The notes: a model not told the origin generated them from the sequence alone. Counted from the first letter of the stretch, positions 40,470 to 54,446 are shown. The stretch is 64,000 nucleotides of DNA from Azolla caroliniana (GCA_043228905.1 JBHGNT010000034.1:186001-250000), one strand, 5' to 3'. Made by a program: numbers and translations.

Positions 40470-41088
40470 ACTCTCCCTTCATGATGTGCTTTGGCCCCCT
40501 CACCATCATCACTCCTAAAAACAACCAAATTGCTTCATTCAATCCACCTCCACCATCTCGCCGAATGTCACCAATGTCCTGTGGAATTAACAACAAAATA
40601 AGTAAAAAAATTCCTCATCCCCTCATGAGCTGCTTCGATCCCCCCCACCATCATCACTCCTAAAACAGACACATTGCTTCCTTTAGTCCACATCCACCAT
40701 CTCGCCGAATACCACCAATGTCCTGTGCAATGAATCAACAAAAATGAGAAATTGTTCCTCATCCCCTCATGATTTGCTTCGTTCCCCCGCACCATCGTCA
40801 CTCCTAAAAACAAAGAAATTGCTTCAATCAAACCACATCCACCATCTCGCTGAATACCACCTTTGACCTATACAAATAACAACAAAAACAAGTGAATAAT
40901 GGTTCCTCATCCCCTCATGATTTGCTTCTGTCCCCCCCACCACCATCACTCCTAAAAATAAACAAATTGCTTCAATCAATCCACATCCACCATCTCGCCG
41001 AGTACCACCAATATCCTGTGCAATTAACAACAAAATAAGTGAACAATGATTCCTCTCCCCTCCTGATCTGCTTCAACCCTCACACCAT
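40470..41088. repeat. ~144-148-bp tandem repeat, ~4.2 copies
   Basis: CCCCTCATGA...CACCATCATCACTCCTAAAA...CATCCACCATCTCGCCGA recurs; anchor positions 40481, 40625, 40769, 40917, ~41064. Confidence 0.92.
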
Positions 41089-41175
41089 GACAAAGTTGCT
41101 TCAAATCCCACTACCATCATCCCGCAACATTAAAATAAGCTTCCTACATGCCGCCACCGTCTCCTCCCTGTTATC

Positions 41176-44100
41176 TCATGTTGTTCGCCATAAGAATGGT
41201 ACTGGTGGCGGGAACAACCAAGGAGGTGGCACATAATTCCACCTAACCTCCGTGCCTGCATCTAACATTATAGGAATAGCTGACCAAACTCGTCGTAATC
41301 TCTTTCTTTTTCGAATGGTTGTGTTTCCATAGCCTTTATACCTGTCATACTCACCTTTAACCGAATGTACTAATAAATTCCAAAAAGACTTTACTTGATC
41401 CACAACGTGAATGTCTTCATCATTGTATAACTTGGAGCACCTCGCTTTCCAAAGAACCCATAGAGACAACGAGGAGACAATCTACCAAACATAACTCCGC
41501 GAGAAGAACTTGACTCCCTGCAAGGATCTCGAAGTAGAATATACCTGAAAACTTCTTACATATAAAGACAATGAAGAATGATTATAATGATAAAAAGCCC
41601 TTTGTTGATCCAACATTCCCCAAAAGACTGCACCCCACGTAAAAATAGCAGACCTATACTTACGACCTAGAAGCCTAAGAATTCAACACCAAAAACTTTT
41701 TGCGGAAACACATTCCCAAAATGCATGATGCAATGTCTCATCCGCAAACCCACACATAATACATGACCAATTACTCACTGATCCCCTCAATAAATGACCT
41801 GCATAATGAATCATCAACCACCGAAAATGCAATATCTTATTCATGCATTTAATAGACCAAAGCTGTTTCCAAAACATAACCATATGAGTAGATGAAACAT
41901 TACCTTCCTCCCAATACTTTTTTCCAGCAGGTATCGGCTCGGTCTGCCTCAACATAAAATTCCTGCCAAACGCTACTGAATATTTGAAAAAAGGAAGGAG
42001 TTTAGTCGAAGAGTCAGATATGGATAATTTCCAACCATAATCCGTTGGATCCCACTGCAGGTCATCAATACGTTTAGAGTCTAACACCGAAATATGAGAT
42101 GAAAAATTAACTATTAGTGGACTAGGATCGATACATATATTTTTATCTAATCTAGCAATTACTCGCACTGGCAATTGCTTCACAGCCAACATGATTTGAG
42201 ACTCCTCATCCACTAGTATCAACCTACCATTGTCCAACACTTCATAAAAATAAATGCTACCATTTTGATCATATAACCGAGCTCCTATAAGTATATTAAG
42301 TGTCAAGAACATACCGTACCAACTCTGAAAATGATCGAATTGAAATGTAGGCACTGTGACCTGATACACCCTGGACAATTGTGATAACATGATCTTAGCC
42401 CCTCTTAAGTTAGATAACCTATTACTTTGCTCCAGCGTAGAGGACTGCATAAACCTTATCCAATCCGCAACCGTACGAGCTGGTCCACTATCCATTGCAG
42501 CCCATGATAACCTAGGGCGTAAACCCAAAACACATGCAACTTCATCGGTAAATAAAGGATTCCATATCAATTGTTGACGCATAAATTGATGATAGCTTTT
42601 CGGTGGCAAGAAAACAAGCGCTTGCCGAAGAGTTTCCCATGCCCGAAAAATTCCATTGAAGAAACGCAATGATCCATCATTAGACTTAGGTAGCTGGAAA
42701 TCTGCATTAAAGAACCATCTAAGACTATCCTTCCATTGACCACCTACCGAAGGCTTGACCTTATATAGATGTTGCATCCATAGCTTTTTCCATAACTCCT
42801 CTCATGGCAATAAACTCCTAACAACATGTTTAGTAAGTAAAGCTTTGCTTTGCATAAATGGATCAATCAAACCTAAACCACCTTTTTGTTTAGGTTGTAT
42901 CAGAATAGACCAAGCTACATTTGCTACAGGATTGACTAACCTATTGTTCCCCCAAATAAAATTCCGTACTAAACGTTGAACTTTCAACATTATTGACCTA
43001 GAAAACAGCCATGTAGATGCTATATACCAAATCGAGGACAACAACACCGCATTAGCTACAACTACACGTCCTGCTAAAGATAATTTTTCTTTATTCCAAT
43101 ATACTAATTTATTTCTTAATCTTAACAATAAGGGTGCAATCATATCTTCTGACTTTAATCCCACACCCACTCGACAACCCAAATACCTAATGGACTGACC
43201 TTGAGGTATCCATGTGAATCCTAAAGAGGGTACATTAACTGGCGGATCTCCCGAAGCGACCCAAAAACCTGATGACTTATCCCAATTTATCAATGCACCT
43301 GATGCATCTGAGAAATCATCCACGGCCTTTTGCATATGAAACAAATTACCATGTGAGGCCTGAACATATAAAGCTGTATCATCAGCGAATTCACAATCCA
43401 CATTTGCGTTTGCTACTGGTAGTGCTAAACCTTTAATATTTACATATGGAGAATTTAAATGTATAGATAATGCTTCGGATACTAACAAAAACTGGAAAGG
43501 AGCAAGTGGACATCCCTGGCATACAGATCTTGAAATAAAAAAACGCCTACCAATGTCCCTTGCAAATAATAGAGAACTACTTGCATTACGATATAATGCT
43601 GAAACTCCTCGTATCCAATTACTTGGAAAACCCATCCTAACGAGTGTTCCCTCCATAAAATCCCAGTCCACTCTGTCGTAAGCTTTTTCAAAATCAAGAA
43701 ATAACACCGCCAGATCTTGCTTCTGCACTTCAGCGATGGTCACCATTTCCCAAAAGAGAATAATATTATCAAAAATACTTCGCTCTTGCAAAAAACCTGT
43801 CTCGGTATCATGAATCAACTCCGAAAGATAAGGTTGTAACCGTCTAGCTATCGTTTTTGCTAATATCTTATAAATAACATTCAACAAGGTAATTGGTCTC
43901 CACTGGCTAAGCTCTTCTAACTGTCCACTTGTTTTAGGAATCATATAGATTAAACCCTCCTTCCATTCTTGGGGCATATTTCCAGAATCTAAAATTTGTT
44001 GATAGGCCTTAGTCAGCCCATCACCTATCAAATCCCAATACTGGATATACCATTGAACTCCCAGGCCATCCACACCAGGACAAACATCCTTTGCAAGGGC

Positions 44101-44578
44101 TTTTATTGCTTTAAAAACCTATTGAGTACTTAATGGTTGTAAAAGACAACGTAAAAGATTTCCAGAAACCCTATTCTGAACCCTAGACCATATAATGTCC
44201 CTCTTAACCATATCAACCTCAGAAAATGGTCTAGCTTTTAACAAAGCTTCATAATAATCAGAGGCTATTTGTCGCATCTGGCTAGGATCCGTGGTATAAG
44301 AGCCATCAGGACATCTTATATAAGTAGGTAGGCTGCGTAGGGGATTGAAATCCCTGCAACATTTGCAAGAGAGAAGACCACATTCGAGTTATATAAGTGC
44401 TCGAGTGGTTCAAGTAGGGAATCAAATATTGGACTTACAAAAGATTTCTGTTGATTTTAACTATCACAATACATCATCCACATGGGCAGAATCGGGAGAT
44501 AAAGTCAACAAGTTGTTCTTTGCAGTGCATAATCATCATAAGTCATCAGCTAGGATATCTAGATTGAGGTGCCGATAA
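41176..44578 (-). mobile_element. 5'-truncated L1-type LINE with inverted 5' segment
   Basis: RT WRPITLLNVIYKILAK, LDFEKAYDRVDW, QGCPLAP, EFADDT; C-terminal CIMCGFADETLHHAFWEC knuckle and SLWVLWKAR; 44320-44578 encodes the preceding ORF2 segment on the + strand. Confidence 0.95.
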
Positions 44579-45210
44579 AAGTTCTCAAAACTATGGAAGA
44601 TTTAGAGATTTCTTGATTGTCCTTAGGGTTTGCTGGTGTATGACAGATTCCATCTTCTTATTGTCCATATAAGTTCTGTTGCGAGATATGATGAAGCCAA
44701 CCAATAAATAATACATGCCATGCTTGCAAAGTTTGACAATGAAACATATTGAATTGTATTTGGTAAGGTGATATAAGTAAGGTTCATGAAATATGATAGA
44801 AGGATGCCATCCAGAATATGTCCGCCTTGACATCCTTAATCCTTACCAAGGGAGGGAGGGAGACATAGAACCAACGAACGAACGAACGAACCATTTCTCT
44901 CAGTTAAATCCGTCTCATATTACTCTTCGCCATCGCCATCGCCTCCGCCCGTTTGGGTTTTATATTTAGGCTCTCCGTCCCTCCCTCTCACAGAATCTGC
45001 TCTTCCTCGCTGTCCTGCTTTCATGCGGGGTACTCTTCTGATCTCGATACCTCCATAGCCTTTTTTTCTCTCTTCTTTCCTTCATACCTTCTTCTTTAAC
45101 AGATCCCTGCACTGGCAGCCTTGCAGATCTATATATCAATCGCGAGGAGATGCAGCTTTGATTTCCCACTTCGTCTCTGAATCATCAGTCAAAGTCTTTA
45201 CCTCATCAGC

Positions 45211-48200
45211 ATGGACGCCATCCGCAAACAAGCGAGTAAGCTGAGGGAGCAGGTGGCCAAGCAGCAACAGGTATATTCATCACTCACAGAGAGAAACAGA
45301 GAGCTGATCTCAACAATAGAAGAAATAAAAAAGAATGCCCTTGATCTCCTGTCTTGTTATCATAGATCCAGGACATCTAGGCTTTAAGGACCACTTGTGA
45401 TGGGATTCTTTCTGATTTGATATAAGTATGTGAAAAGCCAAGTAGATCATGGTAGATTCCATTTCTTGAGAGGGCTATCACCTTCATACATGCTGTGTAA
45501 TGTAACCATCACGCGTAACACTGATCTTGACCCATGAATTAAATAGAACTTGCAAGAGCTGCTCTAATTCTGCTATTCCGTTTCCATTTTACGTGGTTGT
45601 GCATGCGGTTTTCTTTCAAAAAAAGGAAGGAAAAGAAAAGTAAAGAAAAGAAAATAATGTGGTTTGAGGGTAGTTGCATCAAGAATGCAGTAACACTATC
45701 TGGTGTTTGACATTTCAGGCTGTGCTGAAGCAATTTGCGGGTTATGGGGGTTCACAAGGAGCAGATGTCATTCCGGGGGAGACTGAAAGCCAAAGACACC
45801 AGCAGCTGGAAAGGCTGTACATTTCTACCCGATCTGGCAAGGTCTTGTTGTTTTAGAATTGTACTGAATACAGCAAAGGCACCCTGGGATCTACGAGATT
45901 ATTGATTTTCTATCCAAGTTAAAAAAATCTGGTTACCATTTCTCTTAATATTATTTATATGTGCAGCACTTTCAAAAAGACATAGTTAGAGGAACTGAAG
46001 GCTTCATATCTGCTGGCTCGAAACAGCTTGAAGCTTGTACGTTCTTAATATTTATCGATATCTGGTTCTTTCTTCTGTTTATCTATATACTACCAGTAAA
46101 GGAGATGCTGCTTTTGCATGCGTGCCTGAGAACATCATGCAAAAACTTTGATTGACCTACTTGACAGTTGAAATTATGAAACTTTAGTTCTGATCACCTG
46201 AGTATTAACACGTGTCATTATGCTTTCAAAGAAGTACTAGACAAATGAGCAAATGCATATTTCATCTTCTTTTTGCGTGAAGTAGAAGAGGTACATAAAG
46301 GCACTTTCTGCTTCTACAAGCTTGGATGTTTGACTACTTGGAATGGCAGGTACAAAATTAGCTGAAGATTGTTGCAAGTATGGGCTAGAAGGACCAAATC
46401 TTACTGGGGCTCTTGCACGGGCTTCCAATGTCTTTGGAAATGCAGTGCTTCAGATGGAGAAGGAGCGCGAGATACTGCACCGGTCCCTTGGAACTCAGGT
46501 TACTTAAGTTATTAGTTCTTTGTTAATCTAAATTTTTTGCCTTATACAGACTGTGGAGGGAGTCCTGGTGCTGAATCTGAGATCTGAGGCTTACATTTAC
46601 ATTGTTATTCTCTGAGCAGATAAATTTTTATATAGAATGGTTTCAGAAATAGCTTTATAGTCTTTTGACCTGCTATTCACATCACTCCTCCCTGTTTCTA
46701 TTGTCCATTCAATTTCTAGTGAGTGCTATTGAGATATGGGATAATGATTGCTGTTTGGCTTTCTCCCATGAATTGACTTTCAATTTTGCAGTGATTTAGC
46801 ACTGTTTGCTTGCAATATCTTTCAATGATGCTTCAAAATAGTTATTTATTTTATTCATGAACTCTAATCTTCTTCTTCCAGGTTGCAGAGCCTCTGCGTG
46901 CCATGGTAATGGGGGCTCCATTGGAGGATGCACGCCACCTTTGTCAACGGTATGATCGCCTACGTCAGGATGCAGAAAATCAGGTTCTGTATCATCCAAC
47001 AGAAAACTAGTTCTCTTACACAGCATGAGACTAATGGTAAATGATATCGGTGGAAATAGGCAATGGAGGTGTCCCGGAGGAAGTCAAAAGAAGCAGGTGG
47101 AAGTATTGAGAATACCTACAAATTGCAAGCAGCAGAGTCGAAGTTAGCAGAACTTACATCAGCTATGATGACAGTGGGAAAGGAGGCAGCAGCAGCCATG
47201 GTTGCAGTTGAGGCTCAGCAGCAACGCCTTACTCTTCAACGGCTAATTGCTATGGTGGGATTTAGAATTCAAAAATTTGTACGAAATATCAATTTAGAAT
47301 TGCAAAGAATTTTATCCGGGGCCATTGTTCTTGCATCTTGTGACCGGCCACTTAAACCCTTGAAATTTAGAATTCAAACTTTTGTGTTTGTTTGCTTTCA
47401 CTTAAGAAGGTATATAGTGCACCTATATATTTTGGGTTTGTATGTACGTTTATCTATATAGGCACGAAAACGTATTCGTGTGCATAGAAACATTTTCTAT
47501 CTCATTAAACCCTAAACCCTAAACCCTAAACCCTAAACCCTAAACCCATATACCTTATTTCTGTGGTTCTTTGTGTCCATATGTTTGTAACCCCACATTT
47601 TACATTCTGAATATATCTACATTCCTAGAACATATTGACCTGAATTGTTGAATCTGGATAGTTTGGGCTAGAATCACGAAGAGCACTTCTTGTGCACTCC
47701 GTCTCTGATATAGAACACATCATATGTGGCAATATTTACATTTTATTCTCGTGTCGATAATGCAAGTTTACCACGATACCACAATGCTTTTGTGTAGGTT
47801 GAAGCTGAACGATTATATCATCAGCGTACTTCGGAAATTCTTGATCAATTACATGTGCAGGTAGTCTTGAACACAGGTTTTCACATCTGTGCCCTTATGA
47901 CTTAAAAGATCTGAGTGCTTATTATTATTTAATTATTATGTAAGCTATGATCCTTCTTAAATAATGCATGTTGAGGAAAGTTATTATGTTGATGGTTCTG
48001 TCATTTCTATTTTACTAACAATATGCAATCCCAAAATGTTCAGATGGTTGCAGAGCGTCAACGTAGTGAAGTAACTCCATCCATTTCTGCATTACCTGAT
48101 TCATATGTGCCACCTCCTTCCTATGATGAAATCAAATCAAATGGCTTTGATCATACTTCTGCAGCAACTGCAACACAGAAAGCAATGTATTTCTTGGCAG

Positions 48201-49559
48201 AGGTACAACATGCTTGAATACTGTTTCTATAAAGTGATATTGTGGGGTCCATGTTTGCGTTTGCAGAAATCAGAAAGAAAGTATGAGAATTTCTTTCTGG
48301 TTTTAATAAAAGTAGTCCATAACATGTATTATGCTTATTTGACCTCAGAGAGTGATACAAAATTTGTCCAACAGCTTGATGATGTGTGCATTGAAATGCA
48401 GGTCATTCACTCTTTTGAAGGTGAGGCACCTGGAGAGCTGTCTCTAGTGGCTGGTGACTATGTTGTCGTTCGCCAGGTGTGACATTCATTCTCTTCTTAA
48501 TTTTGTAGTTACTGAGGATCAAACTTCATGCGTGAAGGAAATGCATTAGGCAGTTTTTTGTGGCAAAGATTAAGCTTGGCACTGCTAGGTATTGATGCCA
48601 ATGTATGCAATAATTTTTTTATTAAAGTTCAAAAGGCTCTAGTATATTGTAACTCTAGAATGAGTCATGGGCTGATGCTTGCGTTCAGATCTCTAAATCT
48701 TGAAGTTAAGAGATGCCATGCAATTGTACAACTCTACACGCGTGTCTATGATTTGGTATACGTGCCATCTATTTTATAGTGGCAAACCATATACTTGCCA
48801 TCAATTTTATATCTCCTTACTCCACTGTACTTCAGAGCAATTACCTTTATTGTGGTGACAGTTATCTGTTGAATATAAATGTTCTCGATTTGAATATCCT
48901 TCTATGTAACTAGATGCTTGCATTGGATGGTTGTGGTCCCTAGCTTGATTTTGTTGAGTAATTGCATTAGGTCAATAAAGTAAAGGGTGAAGGCTATTTA
49001 TTTCCTGCTGATATCCTTTCTCCCTGCAGCTTCCAAACGTGTATATCCATAATCAATATGCCAGCCCAACTGTGTCCAATTGTGTAGAGAGAGAGAGAGA
49101 GCAAGAGAGGCGAAGGCTATTTATTTCCTGCTGAACATGTACATCCATAATCAATATACCAGCCCCTTCACCTATTTATTTCCTGCTGATATCCTTTCTC
49201 CCTGCAGCTTCCAAACGTGTATATCCATAATCAATATGCCAGCCCAACTGTGTCCAATTGTGTAGAGAGAGAGAGAGAGCAAGAGAGGCGAAGGCTATTT
49301 ATTTCCTGCTGAACATGTACATCCATAATCAATATACCAGCCCCTTCACCTATTTATTTCCTGCTGATATCCTTTCTCCCTGCAGCTTCCAAACGTGTAT
49401 ATCCATAATCAATATGCCAGACCAACTGTGTCCAATTGTGTAGAGAGAGAGAGAGCAAGAGAGGCGAAGGCTATTTATTTCCTGCTGAACATGTACAATC
49501 AATATACCAGCCCAACTATCTCCAACTGTGTATAGAGGGAGGGGGAGGGAGAGGAGAGA

Positions 49560-49591
<32 letters not shown>

Positions 49592-49741
49592 AATGTCTGA
49601 GGGTGATTTGAATAGGTTTCCCCAACTGGGTGGTCTGAAGGAGAATGCAAAGCCAGGTGTGGTTGGTTTCCATCATCACATGTGGAACGACGGCAACGAG
49701 CACCAGCAAGTAAAGTAGTCGAGGCTGGTTCAATTTTGTAA
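45211..49741 (+). CDS. SH3P2: BAR-SH3 domain protein (SH3P2/SH3P3 family), 373 aa, 10 exons
   Basis: Exons 45211-45270, 45719-45841, 45967-46036, 46350-46498, 46882-46983, 47060-47254, 47798-47860, 48044-48202, 48402-48476, 49616-49741 splice in frame. MDAIRKQASKLREQVAKQQQAVLKQF...HFQKDIVRG; SH3 ELSLVAGDYVVVRQVSPTGWSEGECK...GWFP. Paralog identity is tentative. Confidence 0.93.
47506..47547 (-). repeat. Interstitial plant-type telomeric tract (CCCTAAA)~6 in intron 6
   Basis: TAAACCC repeated perfectly six times. Confidence 0.95.
48989..49533. repeat. 178-bp tandem repeat (~3 copies) in last SH3P intron, followed by (ATTG)n at 49561-49591
   Basis: Near-identical units 178 bp apart (49080/49258), each made of two related subunits starting TATTTATTTCCTGCTGA. 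Confidence 0.95.
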
Positions 49742-52464
49742 GGCTTCTTGTGGTGTTACATGGGCTTGCAAAGACGAGGTCATGCCGTATTCACTGTCAT
49801 TCGAAGGAATTGCACTCTTTGCATGTAGGATCCTTTTTTCTATTCCATTGTCAAGTTTGATTGTTGATGGATGCAATGCAATTACAAGGCGCTAATTGCT
49901 TTTTTATCGTGCACACATGATGATTCATGGGTGATCGATGGGGCACATTAGATTTTGGTGGGTGCCACTGCCATTTTATGCTCTTAGCATATCCAATAGC
50001 TAAGACGTGAAAGGGGACAACTATCGCTAATCTTGTATTAGTGTCACATTAACTATGACATCATCTTGAAAAATATAGTATTGTTTCTATGTATTGTTAG
50101 CCGCATTCTTACAATTAAAGAACAGAAGTTTGAGTTAGTATATTCCAGGAGGAAATTAAGATCCAGAAGATGGTTCCAACAGAGCTATATATCTCAAATG
50201 GTTTTGTTTGGTTTGCAGCTTCCTCATGCATGTGTACAAATCTTATTTGATCAGCTATTGTTAGTTGCTGTGCTTATTTGCTTCTAGAGACTGAGCCCTG
50301 GCAACTAAATAATTGTCCATTACTGGTTCCTATCAAATGAATTATCAATACTAGGTATTATGTCAGAATGGTAGGCACTGTATTTATGTTTATGGGCTAA
50401 GGCAAGGTGCCATCCTGTTAGTCAATGCTCGGCATAATTCTTCTCTTTGTTTTAGACTCTTAGGAGAAACAATCAAGTCCCATAAAGATAGGGATGTACA
50501 TTACTGTCAGTGAGATTCCACTCATTATTTTGATGTCAGGTTATGAATGTTCAGTTTTAAAGCGTGCGGCAGCATTTGATATGTTTCTTTGGTGTAAGCA
50601 AGCATTTGGCATGCTATGATTATGGTCAAATTTTGTAGGTTTTACGCATCTAAGTTGTTAAATCATCTCTACTGGTTGATGCGTTAGTATTGATTGTCAT
50701 TCGTTTGATGAGGGGTTGATAAGTACCTCCCATCCCCATTCTATCTGATAACTAGCTCCCTTCTCATTCCGTGTGCAGGATTTTTGTAGTTCCTTGTGAT
50801 GTGTTGGTGGGATTCTTCTTTTGCACTAACAACAATTGAGAAGGCCCTCCTAGTCTTCCCCTCTTACTAGAATCATCTAACCACCAACAATTATCGCTAC
50901 CATTATCGTCCTAGATTAGGTGATTGGTAAATAATCTACCAATGTGCTTATCATATTTGCATTACAATACTTCAAAGGGATGGAAGAAGTCTCTATCAAT
51001 TTGTCTCTAGTTGACAGAAAATATTTCTTATTGATGTGGAATTGAGTTTCAACTTGAGCTTTTCCCCCTAAACAGGAATGGCAAAATCTTTCATATGTTA
51101 TCTATTAGTTATCTTACAAAAGGAAGGTTTACAGGTGCTGAAAACAGGGTATATCGATTAAATGAAGGTTTTCCCTCTTTGGGGATCTCCAAGCCCGCGT
51201 GCAAATAGGGATTATTCATGTGGTTAAAGCAAAACTCCTTTGTATAAAAAAGCTTGAACACACACCAAATCCAAACTTATACAGTTAGAGTGATATTGCA
51301 TTTACAAACTAGCCGTTGTGAGAAGCCATTCCTAAAGTGCAAGGTTGTTTGAATGAGTAATCTCATTTTTAGGTGTCTTTGTCTCTTTTGTACATGTACA
51401 TTTATTCATGTGGCTGAAAGTTAATTCTGTACTGTGTACTTCAATGTAACAATGAAGGAAACTTTTTATGGTTAATTGATGGTATATTTCCAAACTTTTA
51501 ATTGTAAAATCCCTCTACCCAACAATGATATCTCTAAAGCTTAGTCATGATGCTATATAACTAAAGGAGTGTTAGTGGTCAAATGGAATGTATGTTATTT
51601 GGTAATAGGTCAAAAATGTAAAATGATAGGGTACATTTAGTGGGTAGTTGGGTAGGAAGTAAACACACCTTTCAAGCATTTGTAAATTGCCCTTTATGGG
51701 TAAGAATTCCATCATTGCCATGGAAGACTTTCATAGAATACGTCTCATGTTCAACAAGTCTCCGAAGAAGTCAATGGTGCGTGACAAATTAAATTGACAT
51801 CCATGGCATAATTATTTGATTGAAACCATATTCATTCCCTGGTTTTTGGGGACTTCAATGGGCTCCTTGTTCATACATCCCTTTTAATGCATGTAATGTA
51901 CCACCTAAAGTTACATGTTTTCAGATCAAGATTGAAACTCTTAACATTATGTACTCAAAGCAATTCGGAAAGCCCAATGCATTCCTCACCATCCATCACC
52001 CACGCCCCCTTCCTCCAAAAACTTTGGATAGTATGATGAGCATATATAGTCAAGGAATTAAATCAGTCATATTAAAACATCCGTGCAACACATGTGAAGT
52101 GTAGCTCGTAGCATGCACACTCACAAAATTTGCTGAATTTACATCATGTGTCCACGGCCATCCCACCCCCTTCCTCTCTTGTTTTGTTATTCGGTGTTTG
52201 TGTTTGAAATCTGTTCCCATCCTATTTTGGTCATGGAAACCAACCGGGACTTTTAACTGCTTCTGCTGCTACTCCAAACCTTCCAAAGTCTCTTTCGTGT
52301 CAATGGAAGGATCTTAATGATAATCTCATACCCAGAAACTAAAACCTGTCGAAGATGTGAAGCGACACAGGAGACAGAGGAAACAGAGGGAGCGAAGATC
52401 GTCGCCCATCGCCACCTGTTTTTTCATTTTCTCTACCAGAAGTTTCCGATACCGCTTAGGCTTC

Positions 52465-54446
52465 ATGTCTGTTAGCCTCACTTGCTCTCAAGGTCTTCTT
52501 GACATCGAGCTTTTCACAGAAGACGCTCCCAGGTACTACATCTACTTCTCTCCCCCTCCCTCTCAGGTTTGTCCTTCAAAATGTCAGAGCTTTCTAAATC
52601 CATGCATGAAAATGGTCTTATTAATGGAGTCCAACTTGAAACATGAAGGGACAAAGTCCCGCACATAGCGTTAAAGCATTCATTTTGTATGAAAACTTGA
52701 AATCCAAAGATCACAATGATTCTGGTATTCTTCAGATTTCAGTGTCTACAGAGACAACGACATTACATGCAAAGAATTAGAGGATCTCAACATAAACTAG
52801 CTGTGCATCCACACAAGCATTCATTTTGTATGAAAACTTGAAATCTGAAGATCACAACGATCCTGGGAATCTTCAGATTTCAGTGGCTACAGAGACAATG
52901 ACATTCCATTTAACGAAGTAGAGGATCCCGACATAAACTAGATGTGCATCCACACAATGATGGCGCATTTCTAATGACAATCTCTTCATCCTGACAAATT
53001 TTCCTCTCTATTTTTTTGTAGAACTTGCAGAAACTTTATCGAGCTTTGTAAATCTGGCTATTATGATGGCATAACCTTCCATGTAAGTGTTTACTGATGT
53101 TTCTTCCTTCTCATCAAATATTCTGTTTATCGAGATGTTATACATTCAGAAATTCTCAGATATCTGCAAGGATATGATTACAATGCAGTTGTCAATGCCT
53201 ACAACCTGTACATTTTTCCAAATTTTAGGTTTAAATATTTATAAATGCAACATATCTGACAATAGAACTTTGCTCTAAACATTCTATACATACTCTGGTG
53301 TCTTCTCATAATGTAATATTATTTCATGCATATTGTTCACATGTATTGCGAATTATCATTTATAAGGATTATGCCTTTATGTGTATATGTGCATATGTGC
53401 ATATGCATAAATATTTGTACTCATGCATGCAAAAAACAGACTTTGAAGCTTTTATGCATATACGTTTTGTAACACATGATCTGTTGATGCTTATAAATTC
53501 CCACATATTGTGCATTTGCAATTATGAGAATGCCTCTATCCAGATGCACATGCATCTATTTTGGTATTCATGAACAAATACTAGCTCTAAAGTTATGCAC
53601 ATGAACCTAATCATAGGCACTCATTCAGTATAACACTAATTTGTGGATTGGGGTTCTTGGAAAGTCAAAGATTAGGCAGAACCGTATGACATTCTACCAA
53701 ATTTCTATAAATGTGTGGTATTTTGCCAATATTTTCTTGCTGTCTTATTCATGAAGAAGAAGTTTGATCTTTTGGTAACATTACGCTTCTTTGAACACTG
53801 TACGATATACACCCAAAATATGACTTGTTTTGTTGTCATGCTAGCAGAGAATAGTTCCTGGTTTTATGTGCCAAAGTGGTGATCCAACAGGCACAGGGAA
53901 AGGTGGATTCTCCATTTATGGTCCAATTTTTGGGGATGAAATCTCTGCGAGACAGAGTCATGACAGGAAAGGAATCGTGTCTATGGCTAATTCGGGAAGG
54001 AATACCAACTCTTCTCAGTTTTTCATAATATTCAATCCTGTAAGACTAGTTGGCATTGCGGCAATAATGTCTTTGTTTTGTTATAGACTATAAGTATCAT
54101 TTCATTTTTGTTTTTGTTTCAGAGCCCACATTTAGATGGAAAGCACACAATTTTTGGCAAAGTGAAGAGGCATTCACTTCATGTTCTAGACAAAATGCAG
54201 CTTGTCACATTGAAGAAATTTCAGCCAGTCCAACCTGTGAAACTGTAAGTTCTCGAATTGAATAGAGAGGATTTAATTCAGTGTTTTTGTGCAGTTTCCT
54301 TTTCTGTATTTAATGATATGTGGATGTGCAGTTATGTTGCAGAGGTTATTGTTGATCCATGGGAAGGCCAACAACTCCCCTACGGTGCTTCAATCCCTGT
54401 AAAGCCCCTCATAACACCCACGACTTGTACATGTACAATTCAATAA
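52465..54446 (+). CDS. Single-domain cyclophilin-type peptidyl-prolyl isomerase (PPIL1/PPIL3-like), 185 aa, 5 exons
   Basis: Exons 52465-52532, 53022-53082, 53848-54039, 54123-54244, 54332-54446 in frame: [43 protein letters not shown]...[16 protein letters not shown]...[12 protein letters not shown]. Confidence 0.92.
52674..52957. repeat. 141-bp tandem duplication in cyclophilin intron 1
   Basis: AAGCATTCATTTTGTATGAAAACTTGAAATC at 52674 and 52815; copies moderately diverged. Confidence 0.9.

Noticed and set aside
41090-44592. TSD of the inverted LINE (AAAGTTGCTTCAAA vs AAAGTTCTCAAAA)
   Set aside because: Too imperfect, and no poly(A) tail to anchor the 3' end.
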